Shown here: piece by piece, positions 1 to 12,529 of the stretch
Numbering within the stretch: position 1 is the first letter of the stretch
Layout: every line of letters begins with the position of its first letter
Assembly: GCF_009834535.1 (NCBI RefSeq)
Contig: NC_045697.1
Location: 67,830,001-67,894,000 of the forward strand
Length of the DNA stretch: 64,000 bases
Reading direction: 5' to 3'
From: Camelus ferus
Lineage: Eukaryota
Notes under the pieces: model-generated
The model's input: only the letters and a program-made list of their open reading frames with translations
The model's database searches: none
What the model was told of the DNA's origin: nothing
Translations under genes and position numbers: made by a program

Positions 1-429
1 TTGGTATAAGTTTAAATTCCCAATAAGTAATTTACAATGCTTATATTTTTATTTTGGAAAATTACCAAGAATACTATAAAGAATGAAATGTTATAAAGTT
101 TGAGATTCATAAGGATAGAAAAACTTAAAAAGCTATGCTTCTAACTTGACATTCATGCAGAAAGATGAGTGATTTTACTTTCAGGGAAGACAGTACTTCC
201 ATAGGTACTTTTTTAATGCATAGCTGCTTTTTTTTATTGTGCTGCAAATGCCTTTTGCCAGTTGGTGACTGTGTTTTGGAGGAAAGGTGGAGCATGACTT
301 GGACAACAAGCAGCAAGTAAAAGCCTCCTAGAGTGAGTGATTCATTTTGGGGTCTTCTTGGGCTGCTCAATTGCTTAAAAAAGCCTAATAGGAGAAATAA
401 ACATGAAATCATAGGAGAACAATTCTTAC

Positions 430-646
430 CCTTTTCCCCTCGTGCAGGGAAGTCAATACACTGCTTCTGCACATTACAGCTCGCAGCTGGGGAAGATGGT
501 TGAGAGAGAGACTCCAACAAAAAGGAACTCATTTGATCTATGGGGTAGGGATGGTCACTTTGGAATGAAGAAAGAAACGAGTTTCTCCTAGATACTCTTT
601 CGGGGAACTGCCTGGGATGCTTTAAGTGTGATGCTTTTTCTCTGGT
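430..646 (-). other. Candidate exon of an unidentified gene (coding or 5'UTR)
   Basis: Minus strand shows a pyrimidine-rich acceptor (tttcattcctttccccatcag|ACC) and donor AAGG|gtaaga. The 217 nt are open in phase 0 to 1: TREKASHLKHPRQFPERVSRRNSFLSSFQSDHPYPIDQMSSFLLESLSQPSSPAASCNVQKQCIDFPARGEK. Unique sequence with several retained CpGs. No homolog recognised. Confidence 0.35.
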
Positions 647-1139
647 CTGATGGGGAAAGGAATGAAATTTTTAACTTTGACGGACTTGACTCTCCTCCCA
701 AAGCTCACAGCTTGTTTTTTTAAGGTTGTCAAGTGCAATAAGCTCTCTCTCACATGCAGGGTCTAAACTTACAGAAACACACACTCACATATTCACAATA
801 AAAGATTAACTACATTCTTCAGAAATGTTCACAGTCATTAAATTTTGCTTTTTGTTATAAGAGGAGGTTGCTCTGTAGGCAAGGTCAAAGCAAGGTGCGG
901 AAATGAGAGGTGCTGAATGGAAAGTCAGAGGGTTGTGGACCATTTCTTCCCCAGAGTTTCCCCTGAGAATGTGAGCAAATGAGATGTAGAGATGTTAGAA
1001 ACCCACTAACTGTAAACTATTTGTAAAAATCACCTTAACTTCTGGTAGTGTTAATAATTTCCTTACCTTTAGAAATTTAGATTGAAACAGTTTTGCTATA
1101 ATAGAGCAATAAATGGTATTTATTGTAAAAGTCTATAAA

Positions 1140-1340
1140 TTACAGCTATTTCCTTAGGATAGATTCCAAATTGTGGAATAACTGGTTCAAAGGGCTTGAC
1201 TTGTTTATGTCACTTGATGTTTATGTGTTGCCAAATACTTTCCAAAAATATTATGATATTATGCATGCATACAAGCAAGCTGTGGACATTCGACTTACAG
1301 CATTCTTATCACAGTAATTATTTTGAAGTAAAAACATTTC
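1140..1340 (-). mobile_element. Old L1 (L1M/L1ME-type) 3' fragment
   Basis: atttccttaggatagattccaaattgtggaataactggttcaaaggg...ttgccaaatactttccaaaaa matches the antisense L1 3' region. Confidence 0.6.
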
Positions 1341-1623
1341 TGTTAACTTGGTAAGGAAAATTAGCAAATACTTCTCCATTTTTCACACACACAGAAATCC
1401 TTGAATGATTCTAAAGAAATGTGTAGCATTTTATTTCATAGTTGTAAAGCAAAAGAAACCCAAAAAACAAAGAAAGCAAAAAACCCCCCAATGTTTGCCT
1501 TCCTAAATAAAATATGGTCTAAGTTTACTAAAAGAATTCTGATAGAGTGTAGCTATTCATACTTGGTTTCTTTAGGTTCCTATTTCCAGTCTTTTCTGTT
1601 TAAACTAGTGTGCCCTTTAACAG

Positions 1624-1647
1624 AAAAAAAAAAAAAAAAAAAAAAAA
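1624..1647 (+). repeat. Poly(A)24 tract
   Basis: Directly visible homopolymer. Confidence 0.95.
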
Positions 1648-1925
1648 GCTACATCTCTTGCAGAAGCAATAAAGTAACTCTTTAATAGATTTCTTATACT
1701 CAACTGTATAGACAATGTAAAAATGTAACTTTGGCTAATTTATCCTGATATTTCTCTGTGGACATGTTTCATTTTTTAACTTTTGTTTTGTTGTTTTTAT
1801 AAACTAGCCCCAAGCCCTCTCATCATATGATTTTTCCTGGATAAAAATGCTTACCCTGTCTCTAAAATATGAAGTGAACCTTCTACTCCTAGAGGCTAGA
1901 TTAAACCCTTTTCATTACTAGATAT

Positions 1926-2456
1926 GTTAGTGTCTATGCTGCTTAACACATTACCAAAATTTTAATGCTTAAAACAACGTATCTTCATTATCTCTCAGTT
2001 CCAGTTCAGGAGTTCAGGTCCTCTGCTCAGGGTCTCACAAGGTGGCAATCTACTTGTTGGCCTGGCTGCTTTCTTTCTGGAACTTGGGATCCTTTTCCAG
2101 ACTCACATGGTTGCTGACAGAATTCAGTTCCTTGCTGTTATATTGACTGAGGCCCCCACTTTCTCGCTGACTGTCAGCCAGTGGCCCTCTTCCCCTTCGA
2201 TCCCTGCAATGTGCTGCTCCCAGGCTGTTCACAACATAGCCAGTTACATTTTTGAAGCCAATAGGAGAAGTTTTTACACCACTTTGCTCAAATGGAATCT
2301 TGTATAACCTACTTATAGAGGTGATTATTTCACCAATTTGTCATATTCTATTGGCAGGAAGCCAAGTTCCAGGTTCTATCACACTTGAAGGGAAAAAGAT
2401 TTTTAAAAGGCATGCATGCTTCAGTGAGGGTCATTTTAGTATTCTGCCTCTCGCAC
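1926..2456 (-). mobile_element. MaLR solo LTR (MLT1 family)
   Basis: gcttaaaacaac...tcctctgctcagggtctcacaagg...gacagaattcagttccttgc...catattctattgg...cattttagtattctgcct are characteristic antisense MLT1 blocks. Confidence 0.8.
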
Positions 2457-4179
2457 TAGACACTAATACGACTGAATTTAACTGCCCTGGAGTCTATTGA
2501 GTTAACTATTGGATTCCTGAGTCTTGAGCTGATCCCCCTATCACCCTACTAAACTATCTTACCAAGACTGGAGATCTGGTCAGTATATACAGGCTGTTTC
2601 TCTGAATATTTGCCATTAGTTGATTTTATTTATCACAATCTACTCTTAATAATAATAACAATGCCTCAATTATATGGAGTGTTTTCTAATTTAGAAAGCA
2701 TTTTTTTATGCAATTTGTTTTTACTTTATCCAAGACTTCAGTAAACTTTGAGTGGTGTCAGTTCATAAATAAAGGTACTTTTGCCAAGCCAAGCAGTACA
2801 TAATTGGCCCAATTTAGTGTGGCAATGATTGAAGCCGTGTGAATTTCACCTGATAATTTTTTGACTATTCCCAATTTGGAATGATCAGATAGTGGCTCCC
2901 TGGATTCTTTTGTTGACTCAGGTCATCAGGTCAGTTATCTCTCATTCTGACTCCTTTTGTCAAGTGCAAAAGGCAAGATAAAGGTAGTCCTTGGACATAC
3001 TAGAACTCTGAAAATGTATACCCATGCAACTGATAAAAAAAGGAGATTTGAAAAAGAAATAAAATAAAGATGATGAAACGATTTACAAGATAAAAAAACA
3101 GCAGCTGAGTATAAGCCAAAAGTCAAGAAGTAAAAGTTAGTTAAATAGGCAAGAAAACTATGCTAGGAGCAAATGTCAGCAAGAAAAGAAAGAGAAGGAA
3201 AAAAAAGTTTTACTTAAATTTAGATAAAAAATTGCAGACTTCATTTCAAGTTTATATCAATGTGAAGTTTGCTGTCTGTGAATTATAAGTACTGGAACCC
3301 ACAATTTTAAAATTGTAAATTATGTGAAGAAATGTTCTCTTCCTTGCTGCAAGGTCTGAGGCTACTGTGAGCTCACATCTTCCGTTTACCACTCCATTTG
3401 TAATAACCTTCATGAAAAAAGAACTGTCTCCTTACAAAGGCCGAATTATACTACTTTATACTGAAATATAGAATTTAGACTGAATTATATCCTCTTTAGT
3501 ATCAAGAAAAACATTTTAAGTTAAGTGAACACAGAATTACAAACACTCATGCTAACACACATGTAATGATTATTGTCATGAAAAATGCACAATTTACATT
3601 ATTCTTTACATGGAAAATATAAGCCTATTCATAGGAAAAGAGATGAGAAAGTGGAGGCAAGCAGAATTTAATAGAGCTAGCTTAATAAATTAGAATCACT
3701 AAACACAATTGGATATTCACTTCTGTACTTACTCATTAAAGTCGTCATTGGAATAAAGAAAACTACAGACTTAGCTCTCGTATTTGGCATCAAACAGGAA
3801 CCCAAAATTAAATGTTCCACCCTATAATAACATCCATTTTAGAATTTCACAAGGACAGAATTTCCTCTATTAAATAACTGATAATTGAAATAAGAGATTG
3901 CTAAAGACACTAAACCTTATAACCTTAAATCCAAGACATCATAAATAAATATCATCCAAGATTCTATTTCATAATAGCTGATAGATTTAACAAATAGATC
4001 ATGTTATGTTCTATTTTGTTGTGATAGGCAGATATCAATCCCTGCGATAAAGACAGAATGGCTGGTGTCCTTATCTTGCAGCTAATAACAATTCTCCAAA
4101 TATTTTTTTCAATATTTGAATAGTCCACTCACTTGAGAAAACTCTTACCAAGCCATCTCCAAGGACTAGAAGTTACTAG

Positions 4180-4457
4180 AGCTATATGCTAGTAGAAAAG
4201 TCTAAAAGACAAGCTTAAGAGGGGACAGCTGAGCCTCCCTCCTTTTAAAAATTTTTCCAAAAACTCACCTAGTTGGCATTTACATTCTTTTCATTGCCCA
4301 GAAGTGTATCACATTGTGCCCCCATCTGAAAGGAAGGCTGTAAGAGCAAATATTTTAACAGGGCAGGCTGGCAACCCCCTCTCTAAAAAAATGGGCTCTA
4401 TCTATAAGGTAGAAGAGAAAAATGAATATTGGATGAGTGACTAACAGTGTCTGCCAC
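4180..4457 (-). mobile_element. Old MLT1 LTR fragment
   Basis: cattgcccagaagtgtatcacat...aaggaaggctg...gaatattggatg...aacagtgtctgccac resembles the end of an old MLT1 LTR. Confidence 0.55.
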
Positions 4458-5420
4458 TCCTATAGATGTGCACATATGTTTCATAGGACTATATGACTGG
4501 AGATGAATGGGTGAAGAAATACAGCAGTCTGCTAAGATTGAGCACACAGCAGGGGTGGGAATGGAGGTTAGAAGAGATTATTAACTTTTTACACCATTTG
4601 TGTATTATTTCACTTATTACAATAAAAGCACATGTTCCTTTTATTTCAACAAAATGAATATAAATAAATTTTTTAAATGGATGAAAACATATCACAAAAG
4701 AAACACTAAAAACAACAAAGAGTTTACTTTAAGTTGCATTAAACCCTATAGTGGAATGGATCTATTTAATTTAATATTCTATTTAAAATATTATACTTGT
4801 CATAATCATCAGAAGACTAAAAACAGATGCTGTAAACAGTGGCAGTTTCTTGGGGAATGGATAAGGAGTAGAAAGAAAAAATGAGTAAGATTAATTTCAC
4901 TTTATATGCTTTCAAACAATTTTTAAAACCACATATATAATAATTTACTATACACATAATAAAGACTTAAATTGATGACATTCAAAAAGTGGGTATGGTG
5001 AAAGTAACAGAGGATGAATAAGGGCTCCTAAAAGGTTAGCAACGTTTGGAGATGGTGGGAACCTCACACTGGCAGTCTTGGACCTGGAAATGTAGTTGGC
5101 AACTCATTATGGAGGAATGTGGAATGACACAGGTACAAGAGTTTTAACTGACCTTGTAGTAAGCAGAGATCTATGTTGCAGTTGACATAGGGCTGGAATA
5201 ATGAACGTCAAATTTTAGGGGAAACAACTGTAGGCAAGGTACAAGAAGAGGAAGCAGACAGTGAGGCGTCCATTTAGTCACACTCAAGTAGAGCTTAATG
5301 GCTCTGTGTTTAGGGTGATGCTGCTGTATTTATTGACATGTTTTTCTTGAAAGAGATATTGTTAACACAGTCAGTATTGGGAACAAATATTCAGAAGACT
5401 AAACAATTTTGGCTTCTTGT

Positions 5421-5934
5421 TGTAATAGGGAAGAGTAAATCTGACTCCATATTAGATCTGTTTCTTTAGCTCTAACCCTGAGGCCTGTTGCCTGTGCTAG
5501 TCATGCTGGTTCTGCCCCTTTTGTAAAAGAATGTTGCCCTGTAGCCTGAACATACAGGAGAGCCTATTCAAGGCTCTGACCTTTAAGTGTATAACACTTT
5601 TCCATTCACATAGAGATAACAATTTGCAAAACAGAGAATAACATTTGTCTTGTTGGGATTTACAGAAACACCGTGACTTGCCCTACTTGGACAGCTGCAA
5701 GAACAAGGATTCTGATACTGTAAAGTTACCAACAACCAACCACACTCCTTCCCCTTCTAGTATAAAAAGAGCATGAATTCTGACTTGGGTAAGATGGTTC
5801 TCTAGGGCATTAGTCCCTCATCTTCTCAGTCTGCTGGCTTTCCAAAAAAGTCATTATTCCTTGGCCCCAACACCCTGTCTCCCAATTTACTGGCCTGTCA
5901 TGCAGCGAGCAGAACGAGTTTGGACTCCGTTGCA
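5421..5934 (+). mobile_element. ERV1-class solo LTR
   Basis: TG...CA termini (tgtaatagggaagag...ggactccgttgca), TATAAAAA at 5761, and 4-bp flanks ttgt/ttat (TSD with 1 mismatch). Confidence 0.8.
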
Positions 5935-6029
5935 TTATGAGAACTGCGATTATCTTAGTATGGTTGGGTATAAAGTGTGGGTAAGAAGAAGGCTACGGTA
6001 GAATATTCGCCCCTGTGGTTACATTAGCA

Positions 6030-6300
6030 AGACCCTTTAAGTTGAGAAAAAGAGTTTGGATTCGATTCTATGGGCAAAAGGAAGCCACTGATTCTTTAAG
6101 AGGAGAGTTTCCATTTGCTCTGAAAACACTAGAGGGAAGATTAGGAGGTGGGAAAGACACATTGGTGACTATTTAAGAGTCCCAGAGGAGGACTGTCAGA
6201 ACTTGAACTAAACATGTGACAGTGGAACTGGAGACAAGATGATGGATATGATACTTGTGAAGGAAACATAATCAAGAGATTCTTTGTTAACTTAATTGAA
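6030..6300 (-). mobile_element. L2 fragment
   Basis: gagtttggattcgattctatgggcaaaaggaagccactg...gaacttgaactaa...cagtggaactggagacaag resembles antisense L2. Confidence 0.55.
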
Positions 6301-6737
6301 AAATCACTCATGTCATTCGCTTCATCTAGTATATAAAATAGCATGTATTAATAGTAAGTTTTACTTACTTTAAAATAGCCACTTTTTTTTTCTCCTGTTT
6401 TGTAAACTACATTTAGGTGTTATGAAACAAATGTGTGAAGAAATCTGTATTACAAGTAATGAACATATGTTTGCATGTTGGATAACACATTCCACTATAA
6501 ACACATTGTACTTAACCATCATTTCACACCATAAAGTCCATCAATATGCTTCTTCAAGGTAAAGTTTTAACTTAAAAATACCTCTACACTTTCTGAATAA
6601 TGTATAATTTATATGAATACATTGTAAGGATATGGATGGGAGTGCATATGTTGATGTTGAATGTTTTATTTGACCTAATGCTTAAATGTTAAGTAGAATA
6701 CTAGTATCTTAGACTTTTTAAAATAGCCCAAGTTATT

Positions 6738-7078
6738 ATGTTAATCAGGAGATACTAGGCGATCTGGTGGTAATAAACAACTACTACCTCAATGGTTTAA
6801 AACAAGCAAACAAATACATACGTAAATTTCTCATTCTGGCTATAGGTTTGTCTCAAATTTTCCTCACAACGGGGCCCAGATAAATAGAGCTTTATCTCTC
6901 TGGGATATGCCTGGTCACCATGGCAAAGGGAAGGGGACGTACTATACACTGTCTCTTAATGGCTTCTGCCTGGAAGTTACACATGCCCCTTGAAGCTGTA
7001 TTTTATTTGTAAAAGCAAATAGTGAGGACAGTTTTAACTTCCAGATAGAAATATATAGTCCTACCACGTGCCCAGAAA
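6738..7078 (-). mobile_element. Old MLT1 LTR
   Basis: ctcaatggtttaaaacaag...ggcttctgcctggaagttacacatg...agtcctaccacgtgcccagaa. Confidence 0.65.
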
Positions 7079-7809
7079 AAAAAAAACGGAGTTAAAGTTC
7101 AATTGAACTGATACTTACCACTGTAATACATTAATTTTCCTTTCAATGAGAAGAGATTTTGATACACAAAAGAAGAAAAGAAAATCCAGGTGGAACAGTT
7201 TCTATTCATGTACTTAGCATGAACACATTTGGGAGAAGTACACTCAGTAACAGATTTGAATGAACATTAAATGTAATGTCACCTTGGTTTTATAGAAATT
7301 TTAATAAAGTTAGAAATATAGAAGAGACTAGACCTCTTATCTCATAAGCCTTTAAAAAAATACAGACTTTGGTCTTAGTTGCTAACAAACTCTTATCCAA
7401 GCCATCTACATGTTCTGTATAATGGACAAGCATATACCACATTTTAGTATTTTTTTATTGGTTGCAAAGAGAAATTTTTTTCTTGAAAGACCAAATTTAA
7501 AACAGAATCTGAACAAGAATTTTTATATAATACTATCTGAGGTAATTATTTGTGAAGTTTTAGTTACCATGCTTTCATGAATCTCTAAAATTAGAATGTT
7601 TGGTGAAAAACAAAACTTTACATAATATGGAGCAGCATACCAATAAGCACCTGCTTAATTTGGTTAATTCAGGCTATAAGTAAAGAAAATTACAAAGAAA
7701 ATAAAAGCAGACACCACCCTTTCCATTCAGTTAATAAGTGTACCCTTTTCTAAAAGGCTGATGCATTTGTCAGTGTCAAGACTTTCAGAGCCCTCAAATA
7801 TTAGTAATG

Positions 7810-9170
7810 TAATGATATAATAATAGCAACCATATACTGAGTACTTTCTGGCTGCCAGGCAGGATAGGTATTTTACATATACATGTTCTTTAATGTGTGT
7901 AGAACATCCCCTGGGTTAAGTTTCATATTCCAGTTTTTTCATAACAGTTTTTTTGAGATACAATTTACATAACATAAAATTCATTTTTCAAAGTGTGCAA
8001 TTCAGCATTTTTTAGTATTTTGACAGAATTGTGAACCATCACCACCACTATCTAATTTTAGAGTATTATCATCATCCCCAAAAGAAACTCCATAGCCATT
8101 AGTAGTCACTTCCCGTTCCTGCCACAACCCAGCCCCTGGCAACCTTCAATCTCTTGTTTGCCTCTGTGGATTTGCCTATTCTGAATATTTCATACAAACA
8201 GAATCATACAAAATGTGTTCTTTTGTGCTTGGGCTCTTTCACTTAGCACATTTTCAAGGTTTATCCAAGTTGTAGTGTGTGTGAGTACTTTACACCTTTT
8301 CATGGCTGAATAACACTCCATTGTATGAATAGACCACAGTTTGTTTATTCATTCATCAATGATATAGACATTTGGACTGTTTCAAATTTCTGGTTATCAT
8401 TAATAATGTTGATATGAACATATGTGTTTAAGTTCTTACGTGAACATATTCCCATCAGTAGGGTATGAGGGTTCCTCTTTCTTCATAACCTTGTTAACAA
8501 TTATTATCTTTCTTTTTGATTATAGCCATCCAGTAGGTGTGAATCAGTATCTCATTGTCATTTGAATCACATTCCACAAATGAACATCCTTTCATATGCA
8601 TATTGGCCATCTATATATTTTTGGAGGAATTCTATTCAAACTTCTTTGGCCATTATTTAAATTGAGTTCTTTGTCTTTTTACTGTTGAATTATAAATGTA
8701 GCTTATATATTCTGGATACAAGTTCCTTTATCAAATATATGATATCCCCTATCTATTTCTGGGTTGGAGTTTCACTTTATTGAAGTTTTAGTTACAGCCA
8801 TATGTAAGAAATCATTGCCTAATCCAAGGCAAAGACGATTTACCCCCATGTTTCTTCCAAGAGTATCTTATGGATTTAGTATTACACATAAATCTATGAG
8901 CACCTTGAATTAATTTTTGTATATAGCGTGAGATGAGGAGTTCAACTTAATTCTTTTGAATATGGATATCCAGTTTTCCTCCCATCATTTGTTGAAAAGA
9001 CTATTATTTTCTTATTTAATTGTCATGGCACCCTTTTTGCACTGCATTCTAGTTTTACAGCTGGACCAATGGAGGCCAAAATGATTAAATATAATGTCAA
9101 GAATATATAATATCATAAGTGATAGAGATATCTTTTCAAGCACAAACTGTCTGACTCCAAAGTCTTTTCA
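7810..9170 (-). mobile_element. MIR split by an L1MB insertion (MIR halves about 7810-7937 and 9046-9170)
   Basis: aataatagcaaccatatactgagtact... on the left continues as ttttacagctggaccaatggaggc...ctgtctgactccaaagtc on the right. Confidence 0.7.
7938..9045 (-). mobile_element. 5'-truncated L1MB-type LINE
   Basis: Antisense 3'UTR (ttttgagatacaatttacataacataaaattc...gcctctgtggatttgcctattctg) and ORF2 end. Flanked by attccagtttt (7927-7937) and attctagtttt (9046-9056). Confidence 0.85.
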
Positions 9171-12100
9171 CTCAACCAGAAAGTCCTAGGCTCTGATCCT
9201 GAGGCTAGGGGATGGTGGTAGTACACTTGAGTTTTCACAGCATTTAAAAATCTATACATCCACATTTAAGATCTGTACACTAAGTAAAATCTCAAATACT
9301 ATAATATAAGGAATTCATAATAATCTTTGACATTCAATAGGAAACTATAAAAATATATGTGTTTATATGTATCCATGTATAAATGTGTATATACATATAT
9401 ATATGCATTTTACAGTATGTATACTAGTACAGATACAGATATGGACATGAAGTAGTTCGTGTGTGCGGAAAAAAAACCATATATAGAGAGTGCTATAGTA
9501 TACCACAGTGTTTTAAAGTAATATTTACAAATTTCAGGAAATTGTATTCTATAGAATGAGACATTTGCAGTTTACTATACACATTCCTGACAACCTTACT
9601 CCTATTCTCAGTACTTCCAATGGGGAGACTATGTTGGGAGACATCACATAGACATGCACTTTAATGAAGGATTGTAAATGCTCTAAATAATTTAAGTGCA
9701 TAAAATAAATGAATATACGCTGGTATTTGATAGAACAATAACCAACCTTTTCATCAGAAATAAAACAATATTTACTTGAAAAATGATTGCTTCAAAATAT
9801 ACAGATGTCATTCAACTCAAGAACATATTTGTATAAAATTGGGTAATTAACAAGGGTAGATTGTTCATACTTCCTTAAACTCAAATACTGAGAATAAGAA
9901 AATTACAAATTATAATGCTTTCTGCTAGAAAGTCAAGTTCTTGAGATAAAACACCAAGAAAATGTGTTAAAAATAAAGATAACAATATATTTTTAGTGGA
10001 ATTTGAAAAAGTATTTAGATAAAAGCTAAAAAAATAACAGTTGTTGTATTTAGAGTATGAAGTGTAAAATATAGAAGAAAAAGTTACTGAAACAATGTAG
10101 TTGATACTAAAACTTTTTTCTATTATTAAATGCTTCTATTGCCCTTATTTGGAGCATAAGCATAATGGCTTTTAGGAAGTTGGTTTATTTTTGATATGGT
10201 CCAGTTGACTTTCCCATTCCAGATATAAGTTTAAATATTATATTGTTCCTTTCTCTCTCTCTCTCATCTCTATGCTATGCTCAGTTCTCGATTACTTTTG
10301 GACTCTACACTTTCAGGTGTAAATTTATAATAGTATTGCTCCCTCCACATTAAGATTAATATAAATGAAAATGATTTGAAAACTGGTTATAGCCATCCAT
10401 ATGGAATTTGTATAGCACCGATGACTGTCAGAAAGTATCTGACCCATGTATTTTGAAATTACATTTCTCTCCACCGTGTTTGTCTGGATCACCACTATTC
10501 AATTGCTTTGAACAGTGACTTAACATTGAGTAGGGATTCAACAGCTGAGAGAATCCTGTAAGTACTATTTTTATTGCTAACATGGAGTTGTTATTATTAC
10601 TAAGCAAGAACCTACAAAAGTTGTGCACACTTTTGAGTCAGTTACACTATCTTATATTTAAATGTCAGCATATTGACATTTTACATATTACAAGAGAAAT
10701 GTAGGAAACTAAGATTTTTATGGGTGTTCTCAGTGTGGTAGCTCTTAATGAACCTAAGTAGGGGATGGGATGATGCAGCAACCCAGTCATAATAAAAGTA
10801 CTCGTAATTTGAATGTTTGATTATATTTTTAAATCATTTGGTGGGAAAATTCTGTTGCCATTATTGTTTTCATCATGTTAATTTCAGGTCTATAAATCAC
10901 CTTAAAACCACTCGTTCTTACCCTCTTAGAGACCTGCACAAGCTCCTGAACCATCAGGTGACTCATTAATTTAAGAGACTCATTAGGAATAATCAATATG
11001 CTTCCACTAGCTCCAGAGTCTTCATATTCAATGTCTCTGGAAGAATCAACATTATCAGTTTCATTTAAACTATATTTACTGGTGGAACTGTGTATTTTAT
11101 TGTAAGGTAAAAGCTGACTTTACTTTAGTCATTAAAATCCTATTAAAGGTATTATTCTTACCTTGATTTTACAACTTTTTAAGCAATTTATATTATTCAA
11201 ATGTTACAGGATATAGAATACAACAAATATTAATTTTATAATTTAAATATATTTTCTAATACAAAACCCAATAAACCATCAACAAAAACAATGAATGGTG
11301 GAGAATGAAAGTAAATTATCCTAACTCAGTCTAAATATTAAAATGTGTCAAAACAACAAACAAAATTGCTGGAATTTTCAGCAATAATATCAACTAAATA
11401 CATTAAATGAAATAAAATACATACATAAATGCCAACATAGAATGTTAACATAAAAAAGAGGACCCTAAGAAAAATCAAAACAATGTCTCATGTAATACTT
11501 TAAATGAACTTACACAGAAAGCAACAGACCTTAGCTTTATCAAATCTATGCTTTGGAAATATTTAACCGCTGTTAGGGTCTATAGGGTATCAAGAGAAAA
11601 TTTCAAGATTATAGAGCTCTTTAAGTTCTCAATTTAAAAATAATGGTAAGAAACAAGCCATATATAATCTACTAAACAGTTACTTAGCGCATAGTCATCT
11701 GTAAAGCAATTACCATAAATTAAAAATATTCAGGGTGGCTCTAGTGTCAAAGCTGCCTCTCCCTAACAGGCAGGGTGAAAAATTGAACATTCCATAAAGG
11801 GATCTACTTCTATCCTGGTCCTTCTGCAATTTTCAATTGTGTCACCTTAGTTTTTTATCCTTTACTGATTTTTGCCTGTCTCATTCTTTACCAAATTTAG
11901 CAGTCACTTTTCTTGTAAAAGAAAATTTATGCACATTTCTTCACATAAAATTTGACATTAAATCCTAAGTCCCTGAGTTTGCAATTGCATCTGACATTAA
12001 AGAGTTTTCATCAACTGGAGAAAAATAGTAAGAGAAGAGGTCTTACTTTTTGTGCAGAAGTGCACAAAATGATCCCTTTGTGCAAAAGAAATTGATGCTG

Positions 12101-12529
12101 TGTATTTATTTTGTAGCGCTGGCAAATAGGGCTGGCTACCTTTGAAACCAATGTCAGAGTGCTAAAATCATGGCAGTCTGTGAAGACAGCATAGCTAACA
12201 GTCCATGTTTTCATGGTGGTATACTCTGTTCAATGTATTTCTGTTTAGGATAGAGAAGCTTTGAAGGCTAAAGACAAAATATGATCTTCCTAAGTGTACT
12301 CAGATTATTTCATATTTACTCTATATTGTCAGTATTCTTTCCTGTAATATCAGGAGATGATGGTATTTAGGTTATGTTAGCATCATAGAGTATACTGTAA
12401 ATTGTCATATCTGTATTATTATGGAATAGTTTAAATGACATTGGAATTATCACCTTGTTGAGGTTAACTAGAGCTGAACTCTAAAACTACCTGTTTTTTT
12501 TGTAATTTTGAATAGTAGGTCTTTTTTTT

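Noticed and set aside
125..532. 135-aa ORF, the longest in the track, as a single-exon gene; RGEKG as a collagen hint
   Set aside because: The ORF reads through a strong splice donor at 430 into sequence with no recognisable homology. There is no Gly-X-Y run, and no collagen-type exons occur elsewhere in the window.
1624..1647. Poly(A)24 as the tail of a processed pseudogene
   Set aside because: No upstream mRNA-like or SINE body and no TSD found.
10428..10628. Possible exon around 10430-10560 on either strand
   Set aside because: Minus-strand frames stop quickly and no homology was recognised. Isolated GTAAGT motifs are expected many times by chance in 64 kb of AT-rich DNA.
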